Of a stretch of DNA of 51,377 bases, positions 28,993 through 39,695 are shown one piece after another. Source of the stretch: Promethearchaeota archaeon (GTDB lineage: Archaea; Asgardarchaeota; Lokiarchaeia; Sigyniarchaeales; SOKP01); the NCBI GenBank assembly GCA_030603385.1, contig JAUVXW010000034.1:1-51377 (forward strand). Direction: 5' to 3'. The position numbers and the translations under genes were made by a program. Numbering within the stretch: position 1 is the stretch's first letter; each line of letters opens with the position of its first letter. The notes under the pieces were generated by a model. It was given only the letters and a program-made list of their open reading frames with translations, ran no database searches and was not told the origin of the DNA.

Positions 28993-29469
28993 CTAAATAC
29001 TATGGACAGCAGTAAACACAAACCCCATAATCATCTTAAATAACACAGCAAATGTTACAAATGTTTGTAATTGCATCGCTAATTTGAATTTTGGCAAATT
29101 TTCCCTTTCTGACAGATCAAAAAAGACATGTAATAAAACTACGGCTATTGCAGGTATAACTGCGATTCCTCCTACATGTTCTTTAATCTCAAATAGACCT
29201 GCTAAAATTGGCTCGTTAGGATCAAAATCTGGAACCATTACATTTACTTTGAAAACGGGATAAATTGCGATACCAAGGAACCAAGTACCAAAATATAATA
29301 GCATACCAATTAAGCTTGCTAGTTTGAAAGTTCTAAATTTGGTAGAATCTTTTTTTACCTGAAATAAAACTATGTAATAAGATGCAATAACAGAAAATAT
29401 AAGACCTATTGCCATAATAAGATGTATTGTCAATAATGTACTTGAAACATCTTCGAATATAACTGCCAT
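28993..29469 (-). CDS. Hypothetical membrane protein with TM His residues
   Basis: TIHL, FEIKEHV; about 4 TM segments; GGTGAG SD. Confidence 0.75.
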   Translation of the reverse strand: MAVIFEDVSSTLLTIHLIMAIGLIFSVIASYYIVLFQVKKDSTKFRTFKLASLIGMLLYFGTWFLGIAIYPVFKVNVMVPDFDPNEPILAGLFEIKEHVGGIAVIPAIAVVLLHVFFDLSERENLPKFKLAMQLQTFVTFAVLFKMIMGFVFTAVHSI

Positions 29470-29678
29470 AATCTCACCATATTCTATTTTTTTTTTGTTT
29501 CTCTTAATTTTCTTTTTTAAAGTTTTATGTTTAAATTATGTAATATTGAAAATTAAAAAGTCTATATATAATTTTGATTTATGAAAAATAAGTATTTCCT
29601 TAATTATTTTTGAAACTTGGCTATTTTAAACAATCGATTAACTTATAGTTTCAATTTCTGACATTTTTTATTTCTTAC

Positions 29679-29691
29679 TTTCAATTTGAAA
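29679..29691. promoter_or_regulatory. Palindrome TTTCAA-T-TTGAAA in a divergent promoter; candidate Lrp-family operator
   Basis: Perfect inverted repeat next to a TTATATAA box, with extra half-sites near 29610 and 29649. Confidence 0.4.
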
Positions 29692-29906
29692 CTTATATAA
29701 AAATGAAAAATTTGAAAAAATTCAATATTAAAATAATTTCAAACTATTGATTCCATTATTTCTTATATTCAAAAAGACTTTCAAGCTTTTATAAAAAATC
29801 GAGAAATTATACACTTTGTTTATAGCAATAAAAGAATTCAAAGACAAACATTTATTGATTATTAAATTGAAATTTATTAATCTAAGTTCATATAGTTCAA
29901 ATAAGT

Positions 29907-30470
29907 ATGAAGATAGATAATATAGATAAACAAATTCTAAAGGCATTGTTTAATAAAGGGCGTGAAAGCCTAACGAATCTTGAAAAAAAGGTTTTTAAAT
30001 CAGATCAAGAAACAATGAGTCATACTGGAATTGCAAAAAGGATTTCGAAATTAGAAGAAATGGGAATTCTTAAGGTTCAGGCTAATACAAACATTAACAC
30101 TATGCAATACAAAGCTCTTTTCTTTTTAATGGAGATGGAAAATTATGAAGAAATGAGAAAAATTATTAACGCATATTCTGAATGCCCAAGAGTTTTTTTA
30201 TTAGCACAAGTTACCGGTCAATATAATCTTATCTTAGGAGTGCTAGGTCAAAATATAGAAGTTTTGCAGAATTATATTAATCATTGTGGACCCACTAATA
30301 AAAAAGGGATATTGCATTCAGCAGCTATATTTGTTTCTGATTTTATATTGCCAAAATTTATGCCTTTAAATCTCTTTAGTAATGAAAGTATGGAAGATAA
30401 ATGTGGAAATATTTGTAAAAATTGTGAAGCATATTTAGAGGGTAAATGTGAGGGTTGCGGTAATTTTTAG
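29907..30470 (+). CDS. Lrp/AsnC-family regulator with C-terminal Cys cluster
   Basis: IDNIDKQIL...GR HTH, RAM-like VTGQYNL, C-terminus CGNICKNC...CEGC. Confidence 0.85.
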   Translation: MKIDNIDKQILKALFNKGRESLTNLEKKVFKSDQETMSHTGIAKRISKLEEMGILKVQANTNINTMQYKALFFLMEMENYEEMRKIINAYSECPRVFLLAQVTGQYNLILGVLGQNIEVLQNYINHCGPTNKKGILHSAAIFVSDFILPKFMPLNLFSNESMEDKCGNICKNCEAYLEGKCEGCGNF

Positions 30471-30535
30471 ATCTCTCAATTGAATTTAAATCAAATTAAG
30501 AGAATTTAGTAAAGATTTTATAAAAATATTAACTG

Positions 30536-30856
30536 GTGAAGAATACCATTAAAAGCCGAATTGACCCAGAAAAGAAAACAATTGAAATAATGATACAGAT
30601 GTATTGTAAAAATTTTCATAATCCTGAAAATAGATTTTGTCTGTCTTGTTTAGACCTTTTTAAGTATGCTGAAAAAAGGTTAAAATATTGTCAATTTGGT
30701 GAAAATAAACCCACCTGTAAAAAATGCCCGATTCATTGTTACAAACCAGATATGCGAGAAGAAGTTCGGAAAGTAATGCGCTATGCTGGTCCACGAATGT
30801 TATATTCTCACCCAATTATGGGTTTTCGTCATCTTCTTAATAAATTTAAAAAATAA
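30536..30856 (+). CDS. YgbA-family (nitrous oxide-stimulated promoter) protein
   Basis: EKKTI..MI.MYC, YA.KRL..C, KPTCKKCPIHCY, MRYAGPRM. Confidence 0.9.
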   Translation: MKNTIKSRIDPEKKTIEIMIQMYCKNFHNPENRFCLSCLDLFKYAEKRLKYCQFGENKPTCKKCPIHCYKPDMREEVRKVMRYAGPRMLYSHPIMGFRHLLNKFKK

Positions 30857-30932
30857 ATAGGCTTGATGTGACAGAATATTAAATTATGAGATTCTTATAT
30901 GATTTTCTTTTGTAATAAATATGTAGTTAATT

Positions 30933-31298
30933 TTAAAACCATTGGGTCGCATCTGCCTCTAAAACCAAATCATTCAGGGTTGCTGCCCCTACAATTTTTA
31001 CCCCAGGAATAAGATCGACTTTTTCCAATCCTAACATTCTTTTTGATGCTTCACATACCATAATTTCAATTCCCATATCCATTGTTTTATCTATCATTTC
31101 CTTTACACTTGGAAATGCACCTAATTTTATTTTCTCAGCTTCGCCAGGTTTTAATATCCTTAATCCTGTACCCAAATAATATACAACTGGTTTGATATCC
31201 ATTGCTTTGGCGGTTTGAGCTAACACTAATGGGGAATATTGACGTTCTGGATCATGACTGGTCTGTACATATAGGATAAATTTCTTATTTTCGCTTAT
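30933..31298 (-). CDS. DsrE/DsrF-like protein; probable ATA (or ATT 31301) start
   Basis: The frame extends 24 codons upstream of the track start (KFILYVQTSHDPERQYSPL); GAGGTGA SD; in-frame TGA just upstream; VCEAS, GAATL. Confidence 0.8.
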   Translation of the reverse strand: MSENKKFILYVQTSHDPERQYSPLVLAQTAKAMDIKPVVYYLGTGLRILKPGEAEKIKLGAFPSVKEMIDKTMDMGIEIMVCEASKRMLGLEKVDLIPGVKIVGAATLNDLVLEADATQWF

Positions 31299-31550
31299 AA
31301 TACATCACCTCTAAATCTATTAATATAATATTTTATGAGATACACAAATTTTTTGTTAAATATGCGCTATACACAATGCATATCAGTAATTAATAAATCT
31401 CACTTTTATATTTCAGAAAAAAAGCTGAATTTTGTTAAAAATTTTATAAGAGAATTTTAATTGAACTTATAAAATATTAAAATCATAGAGGAAATTTAAA
31501 TATATTAAATTCCTTCTAATATGACTTTCAAGTTTCTATTGAGAAAGTTT

Positions 31551-33638
31551 TTACAAATTCAAAAATAAAATAAAACCCCAATTTACAATACCTCCAATAA
31601 TTATAGCAAGCGAAATTTCCAGAAAAGAAATTTGAAGTGCGTATTTCCAATTAGTTTGTTTCGCTATGATGATGACTGTTGCAAAACAGGGGATGTAAAG
31701 CATTGTGACTAAGCTGAATGTAATCATTTGAATAGGAGTTAATAATTCTACAAGAGTTAACCCCAAATTTTCTGCAAAAAGAGCAAGAAGTACAAGCGTT
31801 AGTTCTTTACGTAAAATGCCATAAATTAAGAATATTCCTACAGCCATTGGAAGACCTAACCAGATTACAGATATTGGTGATAGAATACGATTAACTGGTT
31901 CTAAGGCGTTAAAAATCAGCAGGATCTCTAATGTAATTCCAAGAATGATAATAATAGGAAGTGCTTTAAACACAAATTCTTTAGATCTTAACCATGTTTG
32001 CTTAAAGATTACATTATAATTGGGCATCCTATATTCATGCATTTCCATAATTAATTCTGTACAAGTTCCAGGCATTGTTTTGTTTAAAATTCTTCCTATG
32101 ATTAAAATGACTGAAAAGTTTATAATAAACAAAAATAGAACCCACGAAAGACCTAAATATCTCCCAACTAACCCCATAACTACTGTCATTGTTGCAGCGC
32201 AAGGAACAAGTGAAGTTAAAACAATAGAGATCTTTTTTTCTCGCTCAGTTTCCATAATTCTACATCCCGCGCATGCTGGAACATTACATCCAAAACCTAA
32301 AATCATGGGTATAATAGATTTCCCGTGAACTCCAACCGTATGCATAACTCTATCCATCAAAAATGCTGCCCTTGGGAGATACCCTGAATCTTGTAGAATT
32401 TCAATTATTAAAAAAAATGGTATAACATATACTAATACACCACCAACTGCTCCGATTAATCCTCCTACTCCTCCATCCCAAAGAATTTTGACCCCTAATA
32501 AGTTTTCTCCGTATAATGAGTAAATACTCTCGCTCCAAATTCCATATTCTTCATCTAATAATCCCCCCAAAAAATCTCCAATGGAAAATGTAAATATATA
32601 GATCCCTAAAATAACCAGAATCAATATAACGTATCCCCAGATTGAGTGAGTGGTAAGATGGTCGAGTTTATCAGCAAGAGTAATTTTCTTAGTTTGTTTT
32701 TCAGATTGAATTATTAAAACTTGTTCTACAATTTTATTAATGTTGTTGTAAATTTCAGAAGAAATTACAGTACTAATATCTTCGCCATGAATCTCTTCAA
32801 GTTCCTTACGAAAACTATCAGCTAGTTGAATGATATCTGAGGTTGACTCATGATTTTCAAATATTTTGTTAATTTCTTCATCATCTTCTAAAAGTTTTAT
32901 TGCTAAAAATCTTGGGGGATAATGAGAGTTAACAACAGATTTTCTATCAGCACTAATACCTTTTATGAGATCATTGATTTTATCCTCAACTTCCTTTCCA
33001 AAAGAAAGGATTACCGATAAATCAGGAATTTCATATTCACTATTTTCATAATTTAAATGAGTGTGGCGATATTTAACCATTTCAATTGCTTTTTCAAGAA
33101 GTTGATGGACACCTAACCCATGAACCGCAACCACAGGCAAAACTGGCAATTTAAAAATCTTTTCTAACTTTTTGAAGTCCAGATCTATATTTCTTTTATG
33201 TAAAATATCCATTTGATTCATAGCGAGAATTATTGGAACATTTAACTCTAATAGTTGAAAAGTAAAAAATAAATTTCGTTCAAGATTAGTAGCATCAATA
33301 ACATTTATTATTAAATCAACGTCCTCAGAAATTATAAATTCTCGGCTTACAATTTCTTCTAACGTGAATGTTGATAATGAATAAATACCAGGTAAATCAA
33401 CTATATTGAAGTGATATCCTAAGAAGTCTAATTTCCCTTCCATTTTTTCGACTGTCTTTCCAGGCCAATTTCCAATCGTCTGTGAAAGCCCTGTTAACTG
33501 ATTAAAGATGACTGATTTTCCCACATTTGGATTACCAGCTAAGGCTATATTGATTGAATCTTTATGTTTATCTTTATGTTTCTTTTTTCCTTTTCGTTTA
33601 TACGGTAAATGGCTTGGTGTTCTCCTTTGATGTTTCAT
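31551..33638 (-). CDS. feoB: Ferrous iron transporter FeoB
   Basis: GNPNVGKS, GNWPGKTVE, DLPGIYSL, DSGYLPR, GFGCNVP, LYIPC. Confidence 0.97.
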   Translation of the reverse strand: MKHQRRTPSHLPYKRKGKKKHKDKHKDSINIALAGNPNVGKSVIFNQLTGLSQTIGNWPGKTVEKMEGKLDFLGYHFNIVDLPGIYSLSTFTLEEIVSREFIISEDVDLIINVIDATNLERNLFFTFQLLELNVPIILAMNQMDILHKRNIDLDFKKLEKIFKLPVLPVVAVHGLGVHQLLEKAIEMVKYRHTHLNYENSEYEIPDLSVILSFGKEVEDKINDLIKGISADRKSVVNSHYPPRFLAIKLLEDDEEINKIFENHESTSDIIQLADSFRKELEEIHGEDISTVISSEIYNNINKIVEQVLIIQSEKQTKKITLADKLDHLTTHSIWGYVILILVILGIYIFTFSIGDFLGGLLDEEYGIWSESIYSLYGENLLGVKILWDGGVGGLIGAVGGVLVYVIPFFLIIEILQDSGYLPRAAFLMDRVMHTVGVHGKSIIPMILGFGCNVPACAGCRIMETEREKKISIVLTSLVPCAATMTVVMGLVGRYLGLSWVLFLFIINFSVILIIGRILNKTMPGTCTELIMEMHEYRMPNYNVIFKQTWLRSKEFVFKALPIIIILGITLEILLIFNALEPVNRILSPISVIWLGLPMAVGIFLIYGILRKELTLVLLALFAENLGLTLVELLTPIQMITFSLVTMLYIPCFATVIIIAKQTNWKYALQISFLEISLAIIIGGIVNWGFILFLNL

Positions 33639-33714
33639 ATTTATTCTTGAAAGTTTTATTTTAGAATTTTAAAGTTTTATTTAATAAAATCACGGATATA
33701 ATTTTTAAAAATAT

Positions 33715-33948
33715 TTATAAGTTACATTGTCCCTGACATCTTACCATGATTTTTGCGGCCAGACCTCTACCAATTACCAATGAAGTACCTTTCACAATAA
33801 TTTCTAAGGGTCCTTTCAAGGGAGCACTTTTCTTTTTTAATATTTTTACACCCGGAACGATTCCTAAGTTTGCAAGGCGTCTTTTAGCTTTGATTCCAGT
33901 TTTCACACTTAAAACAGTAATTATTTCTCCTTTTTCACATTCTGTCAA
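33715..33948 (-). CDS. feoA: FeoA
   Basis: RRLANLGIVPG...APLKGP...IGRGLA.KI; upstream of feoB. Confidence 0.92.
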   Translation of the reverse strand: MTECEKGEIITVLSVKTGIKAKRRLANLGIVPGVKILKKKSAPLKGPLEIIVKGTSLVIGRGLAAKIMVRCQGQCNL

Positions 33949-34328
33949 ACACCTAATTAATGGTGTTTGGAAAATTTCTTTTTTAACCTGTTTTTCATGT
34001 ATAGAATTAATAATTCAAAATCATCTCAAATAAGACTTTTTAATTAATAAAATGAATTATAGAATTTAAATTTAGGCATAACAAATTATAAATAATTTAT
34101 TTTTATTATAAATTAAGTTGATTAAATTAAAGTAAAAATTTGAAACCTAATTTTGGATTTTTAATGTTTCCTTTAATTTTTATATCTTAGGTTCAATATT
34201 TCTTAAGTAAGTAAGAATTAGAATGAATAGAACAACAAATTATTTTATTTTTATAAAGAACAAAATTTATTGTATGGGGTTGTATTTATTGCTTTAATTT
34301 TGCATTAAATGATTGAATGTTCTTTTAA

Positions 34329-37300
34329 CTAATTAGATTCAATTTCTATTTTTTCTAACATTTTGGGAACTAGAATTTCATCTAATTTTTTAATTTTCAT
34401 CGTAAATTCTGTTATTAATTCTGCAAACTGTTTTCCTTCACTTGCTGAAATAGCATGAATCATTATTCTTTCTTCGTCTATTCCAATCTGTTTCAATAGA
34501 TTTTTCAGATGGTCCATTCGAGGATAAGCATTTTCATTTCCACTTATATAATGGCAATCTCCTAGATGACAGCCTGCTATAAAAACTCCATCAGCACCTT
34601 TTAAAAAAGCTTGTAATATAAAACTTTTTGACATACCACCAGAACACATTACTCGAATTACTCTTATATTGGGGGGATATTGATATCGACTTACACCCGC
34701 TAAATCTGCTCCCGCATAACTACACCAATTGCATAGAAATGCTACTATACGTGGTTTCCCGTTCTTATCGAAAGGTTTGACAGCTTCTTTAATCATCGGT
34801 TCGATCTGAGTGTTCCCAAAATGGCTCATAGTAATTGCAGAAGCAGGGCATTCTGCCATACAAGTTCCGCAACCCTTACAAACAGCTTTAATTACGTGTG
34901 CTTTCTTATTATTAGATGTATATAAACCCATCTGTTTAGTAGATTCTATTAGTTCTATTGCGTTATAAGGACATAGTTCGATACATCTACCACATCCAAT
35001 GCATTTATTTTCATTTACTTGAGAAGTGATGCCTTCAGTTTCTAATATATCTTTAGATAAAATTGTAACTGCCCTAGATGCCGCTGAATTTGCTTGAGAT
35101 ATACTTTCTCTTATATTTGCTGCTCCACGCGCGGTTCCACATAAGAAAATACCATTAGTCGCAAAATCAGAAGGTCTTAGTTTAACATGAGCTTCTAAAA
35201 AGAAGTTATCCTCATTTAGAGGAACTTTTAATATTTTGGCTAAATCAGAATTATCTTCAGGGGCAACTATACCTGTACTTAAAACAGTTAAATCTACACA
35301 AATCTTAAGATTTCCAATATCTCTTCTGTATAACAAATTTACCACCTCATCATCTTCTATTTCGATTTGGGGTGGTTTTTCTTTGTCAAATCTAATGAAA
35401 AGAATTCCTTTTTCTCTTGCTAAATTGTAATATTTTTCTTTAAATCCGTAAGTTCGAATATCTCTATATAAAATGCTTATGTTCAAGCGGGGGTTCATTT
35501 TTTTTGCTTTCAATGCGTTCTTAACAGCTTCAGCACAGCATGTTCTACTGCAGTATGGATGTTCATCATTCCTAGAGCCAACACATTGAACCATAACCAA
35601 GGATTTCAATTTTTTTATTTTTTCTTCATTTGTAAAGAGAATTTCCTCAAATTTTGATTGAGTCACAATTCGTTCATCCCGACCATATAGAAAATCGCTA
35701 CCCTGTGGCTCGTATTCCTTTGCTCCTGTAGCTACGATAATTATTCCATGTGTAAAATTCTTTTTTTGTTTCTCTTTACTGAAAGTAATATCTGTCGTAA
35801 AATTTCCTACATATCCAATAACAGAGTTAATTTCCGTCTCAAGAAAAACATTTATAAATTTATGATTGCTAACCTTTTCTATTAATTCTTGAAGAAACTT
35901 TTGCACATCATTATTTTCTAAAGTTTCATAAATATTTCTAGCAAATCCTCCCAAATATTCATTTTTTTCAACTAAAAATACTTCATAGCCTTGATCCGCA
36001 AGGTTTAAAGATGCAGTCATGCCTGCGATACCCCCCCCAATAATAAGTCCTTGATGATTTATATTAATTTCTTGTTCTTGTAAGGGAACTAAGTTTCTAG
36101 CTTTTGACACAGACATTCTTACCAAATCTTTTGCTTTCTCTGTTGCTTCTTCAGGTTCATGCATATGTACCCATGAACATTGGTCGCGAATATTAGCCAA
36201 ATCAAAAAGATATTTATTCAGGCCAGCTTCTCTAATTGTTTCTTGAAACAATGGCTCATGTGTTCTGGGTGTACATGATGCGACTATTACTCTATTTAAA
36301 TTATGCTCTTTAATTTTTTTTTTAATGTTTGTTTGAGTATCAGCTGAACATGTATATAAATTACTTTCAGCATATATTATATTAGGTAATGTCTTTGCAT
36401 ACTCAACTACTTCAGGAACATTCACAACTCCACCTATATTTATCCCACAGTGACATATAAAAGCACCGATTCTAGGGGGGTCTCCACTGACATCTAGTTC
36501 TTCGGGATATTCTTTTACTGCAACCAAGGTATCTCTCACATCAGATAGATAGACATTAACAGCTCCTGCTGCTGCGCTTGCTTCAACCACAGTTTCGGGG
36601 ATATCTTTAGGTTCCGAAAACATGCCACATACAAAAATTCCTTCTCTTGAGGTTTTTACTGGAGAAAATGGTTTTGTTTTGCAAAAGCCATATTCATTTA
36701 ATTCAATATTCAATTTTTCAGCTAATTCTTTAGCTTTATGAGGAGGTTGTGCTCCAACTGCAAGAACAATAAGATTAAAAATCTCTTCAACAATTTTTCC
36801 ATTTTCAGTTTCATAAGATACTTTAAGATCTTTTGTATCTGGAACTTCTCGAATGCAAGAAATTCTCCTTCGAATATACCTAACACCATATTCTTCTTGA
36901 GCCCGCGTAATGTATTTATCAAAATCTTTACCATATGCTCTAATATCCATTGAAAAAATGGTAGGTTCAACAATATTCATATGTTCTTTAGCAATAACAG
37001 CCTCTTTAGCAGAGCACATACAACACACAGAGGAACAGTATTCAACATCGATGTTTTTATCCCTCGATCCGACACATTGGAGGAAACCTATTTTTATAGG
37101 GATTGTCCCATCAGAAGGACGAATTATTTTTCCAGAAAATGGGCCACTAGCACTTAAAATCCGTTCAAATTGGGTACTAGTAATAACATTTTTAAATTTA
37201 CCATAACCATAAGCTTTAAGAGGTGTGGGATCATATTCATCAAAACCAAGTGCTAATATAACCGCACCCACATCTATATTTATAAATTTTTCTTTAAGTG

Positions 37301-37814
37301 CATAATCGATAGCCTTTGCTTTACATACACCTCTACAAATCCCACATCCAATGCACTTATCTTTATCAATTGAAAAGACTAGAGGTACCGCTTGAGGAAA
37401 TTTTACAGATATTGCCGATCTTTTAGAAAGACCCGCGTTAAATAAATCAATTGCTTCTATCGGGCATGAAATGGCACATAAACCGCAACCTGTGCATTTA
37501 CTTTGATCCAAATATAATGATCTTTGCTTAATTTCAACTGTAAAATTTCCCGGTTGTCCTTCAATTTTCTCAATATTTGAGTTTATCAAAATATTAATGT
37601 TCTCATGTCTTCCTGCTGCTACTAATTTCGGAGCAAGTATACAAATCGCACAATCATTAGTAGGGAAAGTTTTATCTAATTGAGACATAATCCCGCCTAT
37701 ACTCGTTGTGGATTCTACTATGTAGACTTTATAACCAGAATCAGCTAGATCCATAGACGCTTGGATGCCTCCAATTCCGCCTCCAATAACTAAAACAGCA
37801 CCGATCTTTTCCAT
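34329..37814 (-). CDS. hdrA: Tandem HdrA-HdrA-MvhD fusion (heterodisulfide reductase A-like); start set at the ATG of MEKIGAV
   Basis: Two GGGIxG FAD domains, LDKTFPTNDCAIC, two QCVGSR..CS..CC motifs, internal ICHCG/NIRDQCSWVH domain, C-terminal AFLCNWCSY..RVMCSG MvhD. Confidence 0.93.
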   Translation of the reverse strand: MEKIGAVLVIGGGIGGIQASMDLADSGYKVYIVESTTSIGGIMSQLDKTFPTNDCAICILAPKLVAAGRHENINILINSNIEKIEGQPGNFTVEIKQRSLYLDQSKCTGCGLCAISCPIEAIDLFNAGLSKRSAISVKFPQAVPLVFSIDKDKCIGCGICRGVCKAKAIDYALKEKFINIDVGAVILALGFDEYDPTPLKAYGYGKFKNVITSTQFERILSASGPFSGKIIRPSDGTIPIKIGFLQCVGSRDKNIDVEYCSSVCCMCSAKEAVIAKEHMNIVEPTIFSMDIRAYGKDFDKYITRAQEEYGVRYIRRRISCIREVPDTKDLKVSYETENGKIVEEIFNLIVLAVGAQPPHKAKELAEKLNIELNEYGFCKTKPFSPVKTSREGIFVCGMFSEPKDIPETVVEASAAAGAVNVYLSDVRDTLVAVKEYPEELDVSGDPPRIGAFICHCGINIGGVVNVPEVVEYAKTLPNIIYAESNLYTCSADTQTNIKKKIKEHNLNRVIVASCTPRTHEPLFQETIREAGLNKYLFDLANIRDQCSWVHMHEPEEATEKAKDLVRMSVSKARNLVPLQEQEININHQGLIIGGGIAGMTASLNLADQGYEVFLVEKNEYLGGFARNIYETLENNDVQKFLQELIEKVSNHKFINVFLETEINSVIGYVGNFTTDITFSKEKQKKNFTHGIIIVATGAKEYEPQGSDFLYGRDERIVTQSKFEEILFTNEEKIKKLKSLVMVQCVGSRNDEHPYCSRTCCAEAVKNALKAKKMNPRLNISILYRDIRTYGFKEKYYNLAREKGILFIRFDKEKPPQIEIEDDEVVNLLYRRDIGNLKICVDLTVLSTGIVAPEDNSDLAKILKVPLNEDNFFLEAHVKLRPSDFATNGIFLCGTARGAANIRESISQANSAASRAVTILSKDILETEGITSQVNENKCIGCGRCIELCPYNAIELIESTKQMGLYTSNNKKAHVIKAVCKGCGTCMAECPASAITMSHFGNTQIEPMIKEAVKPFDKNGKPRIVAFLCNWCSYAGADLAGVSRYQYPPNIRVIRVMCSGGMSKSFILQAFLKGADGVFIAGCHLGDCHYISGNENAYPRMDHLKNLLKQIGIDEERIMIHAISASEGKQFAELITEFTMKIKKLDEILVPKMLEKIEIESN

Positions 37815-37897
37815 TGATCTATCTCCATTATTAAGCATAAATTTTAAATTTCTTCTATTTTTTTCAATATAAGTCAACCAACTGATCAAAAAAAATT

Positions 37898-39127
37898 TTA
37901 ATAAAGAAATAGGAATTTTCCTATAAAACTTGCTAGATCCATTACTTTTATTTTATTTTTTAACTCTTCATGAACCTCATTTGAATAAAGTTCATTAAGA
38001 TAACATTTGAAATGTGTTAAGCACTTAGGGCAAGGAACAAGTAAATATTCTGCTCCTGTTTTTATTGCTTCTTTAATACGGTTCTCTCTTAACAGTCGAG
38101 AATATTCATTGCAGTTCATAAATCCTACAACACCGCAACAATTGGCATCATCTTTGATATTATCCATTTCAATTAATTCAACCCCAGGAATCATTTTAAT
38201 TAGTTCTCTTGGTGCGTCGTATAATTTACCACCTAAACGCCCTAAACGGCAAGAATCGTGATATGTAACTTTAATATTTTTTCCCTGTGGAAATCTTACA
38301 TTTTCGAGAATATTTTCCTGTAAAAAGAATTCTGAAAAATGCTGTATTTCAAACTTAAAATCTTTAATTACTTTTGGATAATCATATTTCCAAGTTCTAT
38401 ATCCTTCAGCACATCCAATTATAATCTTTTTAACTCCGGCATCTTTATAAAGTTGAACATTGTATTCTGCCAACTTTTTAAAAGTTTCGATATCCCCTCT
38501 TCCCCAAAGCATGTCATGACCGCAACATTTTTCATTTAATACAACCGGAATTTTATCTGCTTCATTTAATAAGCTTAATATAGTTTTTGCGGTGTTGGTA
38601 TACTTAATTTCAAATTTATAAAGCATTTCTTCCATTAAGGGTAAGCATCCTACAAAGTAGGCAATTTCACCTGACTCACTTGTTCTAATTTGAGTTCCTT
38701 TTAAAAAGTCTAATTTATCTGGATGGATGGATCTATCTGCTTGAATTTTTGGAATTATATCGAAAATTCCATCATGTGTTTCACATTGAGTCATTTTTGT
38801 TTTTTCTGTTTCATTGTGAAAAAATGCCTTTCGCAATTCTAAAATTAAATCAGGGATTCTTACACCTGCATTCTCTTGAGTCATTGGGCAATAAATTGTA
38901 CATTGACCACATGTGAGACAATTCCATATATTATGATTTTTTAAAACGTCTTCTATTGGTGAGAAAATTAAATCTGTTACTAAACTTCGTGGAGAAAAGA
39001 TGTCTATATGAGATAATGGACACACAGTGTTACAGCGATTGCAGCTATAGCAATAATTTGCCATGCCGTTTATATTTTCAATTATTTCTCCTGAAATAAG
39101 ACTATTTGTTACGTCAATAGATTTCAT
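37898..39127 (-). CDS. HdrD-like (HdrC-type Fe-S plus CCG domains)
   Basis: CYSCNRCNTVCP, WNCLTCGQCTIYCP, YFVGC, KCCG, YHDSCRLGR, NCCG, CPKC. Confidence 0.88.
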   Translation of the reverse strand: MKSIDVTNSLISGEIIENINGMANYCYSCNRCNTVCPLSHIDIFSPRSLVTDLIFSPIEDVLKNHNIWNCLTCGQCTIYCPMTQENAGVRIPDLILELRKAFFHNETEKTKMTQCETHDGIFDIIPKIQADRSIHPDKLDFLKGTQIRTSESGEIAYFVGCLPLMEEMLYKFEIKYTNTAKTILSLLNEADKIPVVLNEKCCGHDMLWGRGDIETFKKLAEYNVQLYKDAGVKKIIIGCAEGYRTWKYDYPKVIKDFKFEIQHFSEFFLQENILENVRFPQGKNIKVTYHDSCRLGRLGGKLYDAPRELIKMIPGVELIEMDNIKDDANCCGVVGFMNCNEYSRLLRENRIKEAIKTGAEYLLVPCPKCLTHFKCYLNELYSNEVHEELKNKIKVMDLASFIGKFLFLY

Positions 39128-39141
39128 GTCCGGAATAGAAA

Positions 39142-39330
39142 TTATTTATCATCATAAAATTCAAAAAATCCACATTTAGAACATTGAAAACCACTAAAAG
39201 AGGATGTACGTCTATAAATATAATCACTACATTCTAAAGTTGAACCACAGTTAGGACATTTTTCTTTAGTTTTTGTCACTTCATTCTTTTTCTGTTCTAT
39301 TAACATAATTCCCTCCATAAACTTTTTCAA
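39142..39330 (-). CDS. Small zinc-ribbon protein
   Basis: CPNCG...CSKCG; the true start may be later (GGAGG SD before MLIEQ). Confidence 0.65.
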   Translation of the reverse strand: MKKFMEGIMLIEQKKNEVTKTKEKCPNCGSTLECSDYIYRRTSSFSGFQCSKCGFFEFYDDK

Positions 39331-39425
39331 CTTTCAGATTTCTAGTGTATTAAACTTAAAACTAGTATTGGTATTCTTTTATAATTTTAGAAAATTTAGA
39401 AAATATTCTAAAAATATTGATCACT

Positions 39426-39580
39426 ATGACAAGAATAGTAATCATAATATAAAAGTCTTCACACTATATGCAGAAATTCAAACCTTTAATATAGAGATTA
39501 CTATATTATCATTTCTAATATCGAAAACTTTTGATTAATTAATAATTCAAATCCCACATTATGATAATATAAATGATCAG
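39426..39580. promoter_or_regulatory. Three candidate operator sites (7-N6-7 palindrome)
   Basis: ATGACAA-N6-TAATCAT 39426, TTGATTA-N6-AATTCAA 39531, ATGATAA-N6-TGATCAG 39561. Confidence 0.5.
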
Positions 39581-39695
39581 AATACGAAGTTTGTCTCCTT
39601 ATTTATAAATCTTTTTAATAACTTTTTTAATATATTTGAATAAAGATAAATCTGTTTTTCACTTTAAATTAAATTGTTATTACAATTAAAATAAG

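Noticed and set aside
34066-34155. DtxR/MntR-like box upstream of feoA (TTTAGGCATAACAAA; AAACCTAA)
   Set aside because: Only half-sites match, in extremely AT-rich DNA; plausible but unsupported
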